From: Emiliania huxleyi CCMP1516
Lineage: Eukaryota
Direction of reading: 5' to 3'
NCBI RefSeq assembly: GCF_000372725.1
Contig: NW_005201231.1
Coordinates: 296,246-360,245 of the forward strand
DNA: 64,000 bases
The translations under genes and the position numbers were made by a program. Position 1 is the stretch's first letter. The number at the start of each line of letters is the position of its first letter. The notes beneath the pieces were generated by a model. That model made no database searches and had not been told where the DNA came from. It worked only from the letters and a program-made list of their open reading frames with translations. Below, one piece after another: positions 26,245 to 38,559 of this stretch.

Positions 26245-29200
26245 CTAGCACCCCTTTCCGCCGGCGATCTCGAGGCAGGCCGTCTGCGGGAAGATTGGCA
26301 GCACGGCGAGGGTCGTGCCTGTTCACAGACGACCGTGTGAAGAGACCTCACGTCCACGTTCACAGGACCGGGACGGAGCGCCGTGCCGAAGATGACGAGG
26401 AAGGCGAGCAGCGCAAGCATCGCCCAGCCGGCGGCGCGGCTGCGGGGCAGCTCCGCGAGCCGGCGCACCTCCTCCTTTTGGCTCGGCATCAGGGGCAGGA
26501 AGAGGAGCGAGAGGCAAGCGGTGGCGGTGGCGAGCAGCGTGAGCCACGCCATGTTCCACTGCACCTCCTCGCACGACGCGCCTGGCGAGAGATGAGCAGA
26601 GATGAGCCGAGATGGATCGAGGGGCGTCACTGCGCACACATCGTCGTGCGGCCGCACCGGCCTCCGACGCGCTTAGCCGTGCGCGTCCAAGGGCGCACGC
26701 CTTCAGCGTAGCGACAACAAGAACAATGATGATGATGATGCTAGTTCATAATCGTACTCGTGACAGCAATACCAACAACCGCAACCAAAGCAATGGCACA
26801 AATGGTGATGGCCATAACAAGAGAATGGCGTGCGGCGGGCGCAAGCGCCTTGAGCTCGTCGTTGTTCGTGTTGGACGGCCTAAGAACAACGAGAGGCGTG
26901 ACCCCGGAAAGAAGAAAAACGCGGCCCCGCCGGCCGTGTCGGAGGGCCAGACGGCGAGGAGGAGGTTGTTGATGGCGTTGGCCACGTTCATCGCCTGGTT
27001 TCGTGGACGGGGCGACACACACACGTCTGGATTAGTTGCTCATCAACGCATTCAACACATCACTCCGCGCCTGGTTCGTGTACGTGGTGACGGCGCCGTA
27101 GATGACTCCCTCGAAGCCGGGCACCGTGATCTCGGGGATCACCTGATGATTAATTAAGACTGATTATAATTAAGACTGATTAATTAATCAATCGCCGTGA
27201 TCTCGGGGATCACCACGATGCCGATCGCAGACGTGAGCGCGTACGCGAGCGACATGTCCACCTGCGTCATGGGGAGATGTGGGGAGATGTGGGGAGATGT
27301 GGGGAGATGTGGGACGGGACATGCCCACCTGCGCTTGGGGAGAGATGGGGAGATGTGCCGAGAGATGGGGAGATATGCCGAGACGTGTCCACCTGCGTCA
27401 AGACGTGCCGGCGCCGTTCTTTCAGTCAATTCATTCGTGAGTTGACTCACTGTCCGCTGTGTGAAGACGTACCCACCACAGCTGTTCTTTCAACTGAGTC
27501 ATCAATTAATTAATTAATTAATCAATTGACTCTCCACCTGCGTGAAGACGTACCACCAGCCGTTCTTGAAGAGCGGGACGAAGATGGTGAGCAGGTAGAG
27601 CAGCGAGAAGAGCTGTGTGCCTACGTGTGGTGCTCGCAGGGCGGGATGAGGACTACAGGGCGGGATGGCTAGGGCGGGAGTACGGTGTGCAAGCAATCCA
27701 CACGTTGACGACATCTCCTCAGATCTCCCCACATCTCCCCATATCTCCCGCAAGCAACCCACACGTTGACGACATCAGGGCGGGATCACGGCACTGTGCA
27801 GGCAGTGTGTGCTCAGTGTATGCACGGGGTTGCGAGGGACACGACTGCAGTGAATGCGACTGACTACGGCCGAAGAGAAGGGGGCACACGTGCCCCCCTC
27901 AAGAGCCTCCACACGGGTGGAATACAAGGACCACACATCCCCCGCTTCTGCAGCTGCGCGCCGAGGATACCTCCGGCGTACGTCAGCCGCCAGCTCGCCT
28001 GCAGCAGATCACAGCCTCGTAGGGCGTGCGCATCCCTGCCGCCTCTCGCCCGCAAGGCTCTCCGGCGGGCGGCGCTCTCGGCCATTACGCGAGCAGGCTC
28101 CCCCTCGCCCACGCCCCCTCGCCACCGCACACAGCGCGTCCGCATGCGGGCGGGACTGGGCTGATGCTCGCGTCTCCCTGCATCTCTCCCCCTATCTCCC
28201 CCTATCTCCCCACATCTCCCCACATCTCCCCACATCTCCCCCTATCTCCCCATATCTCCCTGCCCGCACGCCCTCCCTGGCCCTCCCTCCCTGGCCCTCC
28301 CTCCCTGGCCCCCGGGCACGCGCTGGGGGGGGCTCCCTCCCTCCCTCCCTCCCTCCCTCCCTCCCTGCCCGCACGCCCCTGGGGGGGGTCCCCCCCCCCC
28401 CCCCCCCTCTGCTCTCCTGCAGCAGGTACCGCTTGAAGGCCCACATGCCGACCGCCATCATCAGGCTCTGGAAGCAGGCCGACAGGCCGAGCTGCAGCGG
28501 CTCGATGTGGAACCTATGGGGAGATGGGGGGAGATGGGGGGAGATATGCCGAGAGGCCGAGCTGCAGCGGCTCGATAGTGGAACCACTGAGCGTTTGCGT
28601 TGATCTGCGCCTAGTGTTGGAGACGGGCGGGAGCGTGATGCTGTGATGGTGATAATCATGAAACAATGGTAATCGTTAATATCATAAGACTCCTGGTTTG
28701 GGTGCTACTAGTAAAACAATAGTGAGAATGAGAGCGTAGTAATAACAACCACAACAGGAAGGAGAAGGATGCCTGGTTGGTGACGAGCGAGAGCGTGGTG
28801 ACGCTGACCAGCGCGACGATGAGCCTCCACACCGGCGCCTACCGCAGGAGGGGAGATGTGGGGAGAGATGGAGAGATATGGGCCTGCCGCAGGAGGCGAA
28901 GCAGCTGCTTGGGGAGATGTGGGGAGGTGTGGGGAGGTGTGGGGAGATGTGGGGAGACACGGGCCTGCTGCAGGAGGCGAAGCAGCTGCTTGGGGAGATG
29001 TGGGGAGATGTGGGGAGATGTGGGGAGACACGGGCCTGCTGCAGGAGGCGAAGCAGCTGCTTGCACCGCCTCCGGAAGCTGAGCTGCTTGCCGGGAGGCG
29101 CCTCGTGCAGGGAGCGGAGGGAGGCGCCCATCAGAACGGGAGATATGGGGAGATATGGGGAGATATGGGGAGATCGCCTCGTGCAGGGAGGGGAGGGAGG

Positions 29201-30690
29201 CGCCCATCAGAACGGGAGATGTGGGGAGATATGGGGAGATATGGGGAGATCGCCTCGTGCAGGGAGGGGAGGGAGGCGCCCATCAGAACGGGAGATGTGG
29301 GGAGATATGGGGAGATATGGGGAGATCGCCTCGTGCAGGAAGGGGAGGGAGGCGCCCATCAGGACGCCGACGAAGGCGACGATGATCCACATCAGCTGCT
29401 GTGTGGTCAGGCCCCAGCTGAACGAGCCGCCGCTGGGGGGGCCTGATTAATTAATTAAGACTGTTTAATTAATTAAGACTGATTAATTAAGGAGCCGCCG
29501 CTCGGGGGGCCGTTGTAGCAGAACGCGACGACTCCGTTCGCCAGAACGTTGACCGAGTGCCGGATCAGGTAGGCGGTGGAGATGAGCGAGCCTGCCGTGC
29601 CGAGGGCGCCAACATCAGGCCGGGAGGACGGGATCGTGCAGAGCATTCAGAGCACCGTGTGAATACGAGGGGCACGAATGCAGCGGAGTACAGCGGGATA
29701 CGGCCGAATAAGGTTGAGTACGTGTCCTCTCGAGCGCCGTTTGGAGTACAAGAAGACGTATTCCGCTTCTAGGCCAGCGAGCCTCGCGCCTCGGCCGCCT
29801 CTCTCGTCGAGAGGGCGACGAGCACCGCGTCGGCGGCGCAGTCGGCGAGGAGGTACGAGACGGTCATGCACAGGAAGATGGTCGAGGCGAGCGGCAGAGT
29901 GAGCGTCGGGAGGACGGCGAGCAGGAGGGCGCCGCCCCAGAGCATGCCCCAGCCGAGGACCATGTACGGCTTGCGGTGCAAGCCGCAGATCGGCACCTAG
30001 TTAATTCATTCATGAGTTCATTCTTGCGCCGCAAGCCGCAGATCGGCACCTAGTTAATTCATTCATCAGTTCATTCTTGCGCCGCAAGCCGCAGATCGGC
30101 ACCTAGACTCGGACGGCAGGCAAGGACCGGCGGTGCGCTTTCAGCCGCACGGACTGTTTGGCTCGAATCACGCGGCGACTCTCGTGCTGACCGCGTCGCT
30201 GAGCATGCCGTATTCATCGCTTCTGATCATGCCGTGTCCGCAGCACTAATAACTGGTGGAGATATACTGCACTGACCGCGTCGCTGAGCATGCCGTACGC
30301 AAGCTTGAAGCCCCACGGAAGGTTGACAAAGGTGGAGACCGTCGCGCACGTGTTTGGCTGGCCATGGACTACGTAGAGGCAGTACGGCAGCAGCGTCTGC
30401 GACAGAAGCCCATTGACCATGCCGACGCACGCATAGTGGCTGTAGATGGCAATCTGCGGCAGCGACCACATGTCGGGCGCAGCCTCGAGAATGGCGGGCT
30501 CCACATCTAGCAGGGGCACAGTCAGCGTCTCCTGTTTCGGCGGCCTGCCCGGCGGCGGAGGGCCTGGGTGGAGCGGCGGCTCGGGAGTCACGAGGAAGCG
30601 ATCGCGCGAGGCGTCGGGACTCTGCTGGTACGGAGCCAGCCTCTCGCCAAGCCTTGGCGAGCGGTGGTGCTTTGGGTTGAGCTGCAGCAT
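26245..30690 (-). CDS. BT1 folate-biopterin transporter-like MFS protein (many introns)
   Basis: LPWGFKLAYGMLSDAV|PICGLHRKPYMVLGW; LADCAADAVLVALSTREAAEARGSL; later TM exons; C-terminus LPIFPQTACLEIAGGKGC* (stop 26245-26247). Confidence 0.85.
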
Positions 30691-30796
30691 CGACGACGAG
30701 CCGCGGCGACGGGGATGAGCGAGCCGATGGCGCGGCGACGGCCAACGCCCGACAGTCGCGCCTCTGACAGTACCCCGCGTGCGGCTGTGTTTTTTT

Positions 30797-31571
30797 ATTT
30801 TGAGCTTAGCCTTCGATGTTATGAACTTTTATTTTGAGCTAAGCCTTCGGTGTTATGAAACAACGCAAGGCGGACATGGCATATCACTCTCGGCCCCACA
30901 GACATCCCGCACACCCGCCGCCCCCGCGCGCGCCCCACTCCGGCCGGGAGAGAGGGGAGTGACAGTTTGGGACGGCGACAGCCCGAGTATGTTGAGTCCT
31001 GGCTCAACAACGCAGGTTCAAGAGGGGGTGGTCCGGCTCACAAGTCCGGCTCACGCGCCTCGAGCTGACCATCTACCGCACTGAGCACTTCCGCCCCCTC
31101 GCTCCCAGCCCATCCACCCCGCCTCGGGCCGCGCCGCGCGATCTCGGGCAATCTCGCGCTATCTCGGGCGATCTCGGGGCCGCGCCGCGCTATCTCGGGC
31201 GATCTCGGAGCGTCGCTCGCGCGGCGTCACACCTGCTCAAAAAGGAAGGAGGTTGGAGGCAGGAGGTCACGCCCCATCCAGAGCGCCGTCGTCGCCGGGT
31301 TTTTGGCCCCCGGGTCGTCGCCCGACGGTTGCTGCGCGGGGCAGCAGACCATCGGACGGCGCGACGACGCCCCGTCCGGCACGCTCCCCCACCTCCACTC
31401 GGCTATTGCCGCACGAGCGCCCTCAGCGGCGGAATTTTTCCCTCGCGCTTCCTTGGGCCCCCGGCAACGCCGACGGACTTCCCGTCCCCCCACCTGCGCC
31501 GCAATCACCGCCGTGATTGTCGGCGCTGCGCCCCTTGGCGCCTGTGCATGTCCCGCGTGCCCGCCCGCCAA
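30797..31571 (+). mobile_element. Dispersed repeat family B (~780 bp), copy 1
   Basis: Colinear near-identical copy at 62252-63051; head TTTTGAGCTTAGCCTTCGATGTTATGAA (duplicated here); internal ATCTCGGGCG repeats. Confidence 0.9.
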
Positions 31572-32782
31572 CTTTTATTTTTGAGAGCGCTTGTTGTTAA
31601 TAATACAAGCCCAATGGTCCACGTAGAGTTTCTCGCACATCATCACGCACAACACAACATAACACAAGTTCTGATTCTTGCCCTATATACAAGGGGATCT
31701 AATGAAGCTGACTCGACTCCAGTGCTGGCCGAGGAGGCGGATGGTTTGGAGGAGCAAGAGAGAGAGAGGGAGTCGCGATTGGTACCCCCACTCGGTCTGA
31801 GCGCAAAGGCGCAGCGGATGGAGCAGGGTGGCTGGGCCACTGCGCCGTGGGGAGTCGGCGGGAGAGAGGTCCTCACAAACACAGAGGTCCTCACATCAGA
31901 CAGAGGTCCTCACAGACGAGGTCCTCAGTATGCTTTTGAGGACCCCTCTCTTGATGTGACACTGATGGCATGTGAGACAGAACCTTGTTTGTTGTCGTGC
32001 GAGTGAGGATCTCACTCAAAGTGCGCTCACCCTGGGAGCGTATGGTTTATCAATGAAGGGGGGAGCAGAAGCCAGCCGCAGCCCACGGCTTGGGAGGACC
32101 TCTTGCTGTGAGAGGGGCTTGTATGGTAGAACTCTTTCGTGAGGACCTGTTTCCATCGTGAGGACCTCTTTCTTGAGTGAGGAATGATCGCTCCGACGTG
32201 TCCAACTTAAGTAGGTAGAACCGAGCTACACCGCTCCGACGCGAGCTACACCCCTCCAAGACTGCTCTGGTGGCGCCAGGCTGTTGTTGGGTTCTCTGTG
32301 TACCGCTGGTCCATATGGTAAGGTAGGTAGGTAGTAAGGTGAAGAACAGCCAGGCTCGGACTGGACACCAACGCGGTATGGGTGGACGCTAGACAGATGA
32401 TGACGACACGCACGAGCGACACACAGACACAAACAGGCTCACAAGACACACAGCCAGCGGGCGGCTGGTGCTGCCACACACCCTGAGTCGGCGTACACAT
32501 AACTCAGGGCCACATCCTCCCTGTCGCCCCCATGGTAAGGTAGGTAGGTAGGTAGGTAGGTAGGTAAGATCCTTCTAGAAAAAGAATTTAAACAAAACAA
32601 CTCTCTCTCACAGCAGACAGGCTAGAAAAAGAAAACATCGCTCTTTCGCTCACGTCGCGGTCCAAGGCGTCGTGGAGGCGCTGCTGTGACCAATTGGCGC
32701 AAAAGCGTGTGGAGCCGTCTACGCGCAGCTGCCGTCACTCGCGAGCCATACCTTCGCCACACCCCACACCCCTCGCGTGGCC

Positions 32783-35700
32783 ATGCCGCCCAAGAGCGGC
32801 ACCGACCTGACGTCGCGCGGCGACGACGACGACCCCGACAAGTACAAGAGCACGCGCTACAACCAGGTCAACGCCGACGTCGAGGACATCTACCGGCAGT
32901 GGGACGAGCTGGTGAATGAGGAGCAGCTGCGCGAGTTGAGCCGGATCGTGCGCGACCTGGCGGCCGACCCACCGGCCGACGGCAAGGCCCTCGAGCACCA
33001 GCTCATGCTGCACCGCAAGCGGATGCGGCGCGCAGACACGTTCCGCAAGGCGCAGCTGCTGCACGCGTACCACTGCCTCGTCTCGCGCGGCGAGCTGGAG
33101 GCGAATCCGCACCTGCACTCGCTGCTGGTGAAGAAGTCGTCCAAGTCGCAGTCGGGCGTCCTCGTCATCACCGTCCTCACCTCGCCCTACCCAACCTTCA
33201 CTGAGCCCGAATCGGGAAAGAAGGCGACCAGCCACTCTCCGCGGACCAGACCACACTTCCTAGACACTCACTTCCGAGAGAGTCTCCCCAGACACGCCCC
33301 AGAACACCGCGGGTACATCGCAGACGCCAGAATCGTGCTATCCAGCGCTGGCTCGCCAGGTCAAGCAGCGCTCCTTTCTCGCGCTCGCCGCCCGGAAGCT
33401 TCCGCGACCCTTCCCTGACGCTTCTCGGAACACTCCTCCACGCCAGGTGAAGCAGCGCTTCTCGTGCGCGTGGAACTGCTACTACTGCCCGTCCGAGCCG
33501 GGGCAGCCAAAGTCGTACTTGCACGACGAGCCCGCCGTCAAGCGCGCCAATGAGAACGGCCCCGACCCTGTGTGATGCATCTCCACAGCTGCTGCTGCTC
33601 CGCGACAGACGCCCGTCTGTCTTCTTCTCTGCAGGCTTCGACCCCGTCATGCAGCTGACCGACCGCGCCGCCACTCTCGCCCAGAACGGCCACCCCGTCG
33701 ACAAGATCGAGCTAGTGGGCCGTGAACAGCGTCTCTTCACACCTCTAGCTGTGAATAGGCCACCCCGTCGACAAGATCGAGCTAGTGGGCCGTGAACAGC
33801 GTCTCTTCACACCTCTAGCTGTGAATAGGCCACCCCGTCGACAAGATCGAGCTCCTCGTGCTGGGCGGCACTTGGTCCTCCTACCCGCACGTCTACCAGG
33901 AGCGAGATATGGGGGAGATATGGGGGAGATATGGGCGGCACTTGGTCCTCCTACCCGCACGTCTACCAGGAGCGAGATATGGGGGAGATATGGGCGGCAC
34001 TTGGTCCTCCTACCCGCACGTCTACCAGGAGCGAGATATGGGGGAGATATGGGGGAGATATGGGCGGCACTTGGTCCTCCTACCCGCACGTCTACCAGGA
34101 GCGAGATATGGGGGAGATATGGGGGAGATATGGGCGGCACTTGGTCCTCCTACCCGCACGTCTACCAGGAGCGAGATATGGGGGAGATATGGGGGAGATA
34201 TAGGGAGATATGGGCGGCACTTGGTCCTCCTACCCGCACGTCTACCAGGAGCGAGATATGGGGGAGATATGGGGGAGATATAGGGAGATATGGGCGGCAC
34301 TTGGTCCTCCTACCCGCACGTGTACCAGTAGCGAGATATGGGGAGATATGGGGGAGATATAGGGAGATATGGGCGGCACTTGGTCGTCCTACCGCGCACG
34401 TGTACCAGGAGCGAGGTGCGCGACCGCTCACATCTCCCCATCTCTCCCCCATCCCTCCCCCACACCTCCCCGTACCAGGAGGAGTTTGTGCGCGACCTCT
34501 TCTACGCCGCTAACACCTTTTGGCAGCGCGAGAAGCGGCCTCGGCGCGGCCCTTGTCAAGGAGGAAGGAGTCCTGTCGGGCAGCACTGTTGACCGTACCA
34601 GTTGTCTCTGCCAGGAGGGGGCTGCTGGAGGAGCAGGCACTCAACGAGACCGCCGCCTGCAAGATCATCGGCCTCACGCTCGAGACGCGGCCGGACATGT
34701 CCACGACATGTCCACGACATGTCCGAGACACGACCCCATAGGCCTCACGCTCGAGACGAGGCCGGACATGTCCACGACATGTCCACGACATGTCCGAGAC
34801 ACGGCCCCATAGGCCTCACGCTCGAGACGCGGCCGGACATGTCCACGACATGTCCACGACATGTCCGAGACACGCCCCATAGGCCTCACGCTCGAGACGC
34901 GGCCGGACACGTCCACGACATGTCCACGACATGTCCGAGACACGCCCCATAGGCCTCACGCTCGAGACGAGGCCGGACATGTCCACGACATGTCCACGAC
35001 ATGTCCGAGACACGCCCCATAGGCCTCACGCTCGAGACGCGGCCGGACATGTCCACGACATGTCCACGACATGTCCGAGACACGCCCCATAGGCCTCACG
35101 CTCGAGACGCGGCCGGACATGTCCACGACATGTCCACGACATGTCCGAGACACGCCCCATAGGCCTCACGCTCGAGACGCGGCCGGACATGTCCACGACA
35201 TGTCCACGACATGTCCGAGACACGCCCCATAGGCCTCACGCTCGAGACGAGGCCGGACACCATCGACGCGGCGGAGCTGCTGCGCCTCCGCCGGCGCTGT
35301 CGCCTAGAAGCGTAGTACGTATGTCGACCGTCCTCCGCTGTAGTCACTGCACTCCCCCCCCTCGTACCCACGCGGTGCTCTGAATACATTACATTGCACA
35401 AGATCGTCTGTCCGCCCCCGGAGATTGGCGGCTCCTAGCACGTAGGTATGGGTGATCTCCCCCATATCTCCCCATATCTCCCTATATCTCCAGCACGTAG
35501 GTATGGGTGATCTCCCCCATATCTCCCCATATCTCCCCATATCTCCAGCACGTAGGTATGGGTGATCTCCCCCATATCTCCCCATATCTCCCCATATCTC
35601 CCCCATATCTCCAGCGCGTAGGTACGGGTGCACGCGCGTGCAGCTCGGAGTGCAGCACACCGACGACCACGTGCGCAAGCGGATCAACCCCATATCTCCC

Positions 35701-38559
35701 CATATCTCCCCATGTCTCCCCACATCTCCCCACATCTCCCCACATCTCCCCACATCTCCCCACATCTCCCCACATCTCCCCATATCTCCTCATATCTCCC
35801 CACATCTCCCCATATCTCCCCACATCTCCCCGGCCAGGTGCTCAAGCGGATCAACCGCGGCTGCACGACGGCAGACACGGTGACGGCCCTGAAGCGGCTC
35901 AAGGACGCCTGCTACAAGATCGACATCCACCTGATGCCAAACTTGCCCGGCGCGACCGCAGCGGTGGACCGCGCCATGTTCGAGCGCGTGCTGAGTGACC
36001 CGCAGCTGCAGGCCGACCAGTGGAAGGTCTACCCGACCCAGGCGTGGTGCCGTGGACCGTCATCAAGCGAGATCACGGGCGAGATTAGCCGAGACTGTGC
36101 CGACCCAGGTGGTGCCGTGGACCGTCATCAAGCGCTGGTTTGAGGCGGGCAGCTACGTGCCGTATGCGAGCGACCAGATGTTTGAGCTCCTCATGCAGGT
36201 CAATTTGTTACTACTATTATTATTATTATGAGTAATAATAATTCTGTTCGAGCTCCTCAAGTCGCCTTATTATCATTATTATTATCATTATTATCATCAT
36301 CATCATCATCATTATTATTATCATTATTATTATCATTATTGTTGTTGTTATTATTGTTATTGTTATTGTGTGTCCTCTTCAGGTCAAGTCGCGCGTGCAC
36401 CCTTGGATCCGGCGCCACCCGCCTGGTGCGGCGCGAGGCGGCGCTGCGCACGGCGTCTCTTCACACCTGCGGCTGTGCACAGGCTCAACCGCGTGGTTCG
36501 AGACATCCCAATGCAGTACGTGTCTGGCGGGTCCGCCGGCCTAGAAGCGGAAGCTTCGTACTCTTGTCTCTCCCCACCAGTGCTCGAGAGGACACGGATT
36601 CAGCCGTGCCCGTACCGCACTCCGCTGTACTCGCTGTTTTCGTGGCCCCTCGTCCTCACGCGGTGCTCTGAAGACGCTGCACAGCGCCGTAGTCGTTGGC
36701 TCGACGCCCCCCCCTATCTCCGCCCTATCTCCCCCTATCTCCGCCATATCTCCCCCATATCTCCCCCATATCTCCCCCATATCTCCCCCGTATCTCCCCC
36801 GTATCTCCCCCATATCTCCCCATATCTCCCCCATATCTCCCCCGTATCTCCCCCGTATCTCCCCCATATCTCCCCCATATCTCCCCCATATCTCCCCACG
36901 GAGGCTCGACGTCCCGAACTTGCGCGAGGACTTGCTCGCAGAGATGAGGGACAAGGGGCTCACTTGCCGCTGCATCCGATGCCGCGAGCCAGGCGCCGCC
37001 TCGAAGAAGCGGCTGCCACCGCGGCCGCCCCCCGCCCGAGGTGACCCGAGATTGCGCGAGATCAGGCGCCGCCTCGAAGAAGGTGCTGCCAAGGCAGACG
37101 CTCGTGCGGCGCGTCTACGCGGCGTCGGGCGGCGCGGAGCACTTCGTCTCCATCGAGTCCGCCGACCGCGCCACCCTCCTCGGCTTCGTGCGGCTGCGGC
37201 TGCCGCCGCCCTGGAGCGACGCGCCGGAGCACCAGCCGCCGTTCGAGGAGCTGCGCGGAGCAGCGCTGGTGCGCGAGAATTGCACGTGCGCGGGCGGGCT
37301 CTCGCGGGCTCTCGCCGGGACGTGTCTCGGACATGTCCTCGTTAGGTGCGGGAGCTGCACGTGTACGGGCAGCTCATCGCCACCGCCGACAAGAGCAACG
37401 CCGACGCGCAGCACACCGGCCTCGGTCGCACGCTCATGGCCGAGGCGGAGGCGACCGCGCGCGCACACGGCTTCCGGCGAGTCTGGCCCAGATGCGGAGG
37501 GTAGACCCACATCTCCCCGTATCTCCCCACATCACCCCATATCTCCCCATATCACGAGGCCCAGATGCGGAGGGTAGACCCACATCTCCCCGTATCTCCC
37601 CACATCTCCCCATATCTCCCCATATCACGAGGCCCAGATGCGGAGGGTAGACCCACATCTCCCCGTATCTCCCCACATCTCCCCATATCTCCCCATATCA
37701 CGAGGCCCAGATGCGGAGGGACAGACCCACATCTCCCCGTATCTCCCCACATCTCCTCATATCTCCCCATATCACGAGGCCCAGACACACCCGTGCGTGC
37801 CGAATTAGCACTCGAGGAGAGGCGTGACGAGGCGGATGCTCTCACTGCAAACCGAGCTTTCCCGTGTGCGCGTGCGGTGCTCTCCCTGCCGCGCCCTGAC
37901 GCCGGTGTCTCGCCTTCCGGCAGGCGCGTCGCCGTGATCGCGGGAGTGGGGTCGCGCGGCTACTACCGCAGGCTCGGCTACGCCCTCGACCCGCGCCCGG
38001 GGCTCTTCATGATGAAGGAGAGTAGCAGTAGTAGGCACTTCATGATGAACGGAGAGTAGCAGCAGTAGTAGGCACTTTATGATGAAACGAGAGTAGCAGC
38101 AGTAGTAGGCACTTCATGATGAACGGAGAGTAGCAGTAGTAGGCAGCCTTCACTCCAAGATCGGACCCCCTCTCCACGCCCAAGTGACTGGCGACACGAG
38201 ACGTGGCTCAAAGCCACACGGAACTCACGCTCACTGGTGAGAGAAGTGAAAGCGCGCAGAGACAGAGCGGGGAGCGGAAAGGAGAGAGCGCCGCTCGCCG
38301 CGCAGTCGCCACGGCGCTCTGTTCGCCCCTCGCCTTCACCGCGCTCGGAGCCTCGCCTCTGTAGGAGCTCGCCTTCCTTGCGCCCGGCTGGAGACAGGCG
38401 CTCCTCCCGGCGGCACGCTGCGCGCTGATCGCGCTGCTCCCGCCCCTGCTGCTGCTGCTGCTGGCGTGGGTCAGCGCGCTCGGATGCCCCGACGAGGCGG
38501 CCGCGGGGCACCCGCATAGCCTCCGCTCGCTCGCGCGCTGCGCCTCCGCCTTGGTGTAG
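32783..38559 (+). CDS. ELP3: ELP3-like radical SAM / GNAT acetyltransferase (multi-exon) with probable C-terminal transmembrane exon
   Basis: KSQSGVLVITVLTSP; FSCAWNCYYCP (CxxxCxxC); DKIELLVLGGTW; IGLTLETRPD; YGCTRVQLGVQ; IHLMPNLPG; ADQWKVYP; RLNRVVRDIP; CRCIRCRE; RELHVYG; QHTGLGRTL; VIAGVGSRGYYRRLGY. Putative last exon 38365-38559. It may be the stand-alone protist-type paralogue rather than the Elongator subunit. Confidence 0.9.
33862..34412 (+). repeat. Tandem array (8 copies) of the ELP3 exon segment GGTWSSYPHVYQE alternating with GAGATATGGGG filler
   Basis: GGCGGCACTTGGTC counted 8 times with 60-80 nt spacing. Confidence 0.9.
34670..35258 (+). repeat. 70-bp tandem array (9 copies) of the ELP3 exon segment GLTLETRPD plus GACATGTCCAC filler
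   Basis: GGCCTCACGCTCGAGACG repeats with a ~70 nt period. Confidence 0.9.

Noticed and set aside
33862..35258. Regularly spaced repeats resembling a CRISPR array
   Set aside because: The repeats are ELP3 exon pieces and the spacers are near-identical simple repeats; eukaryotic context and no cas genes.
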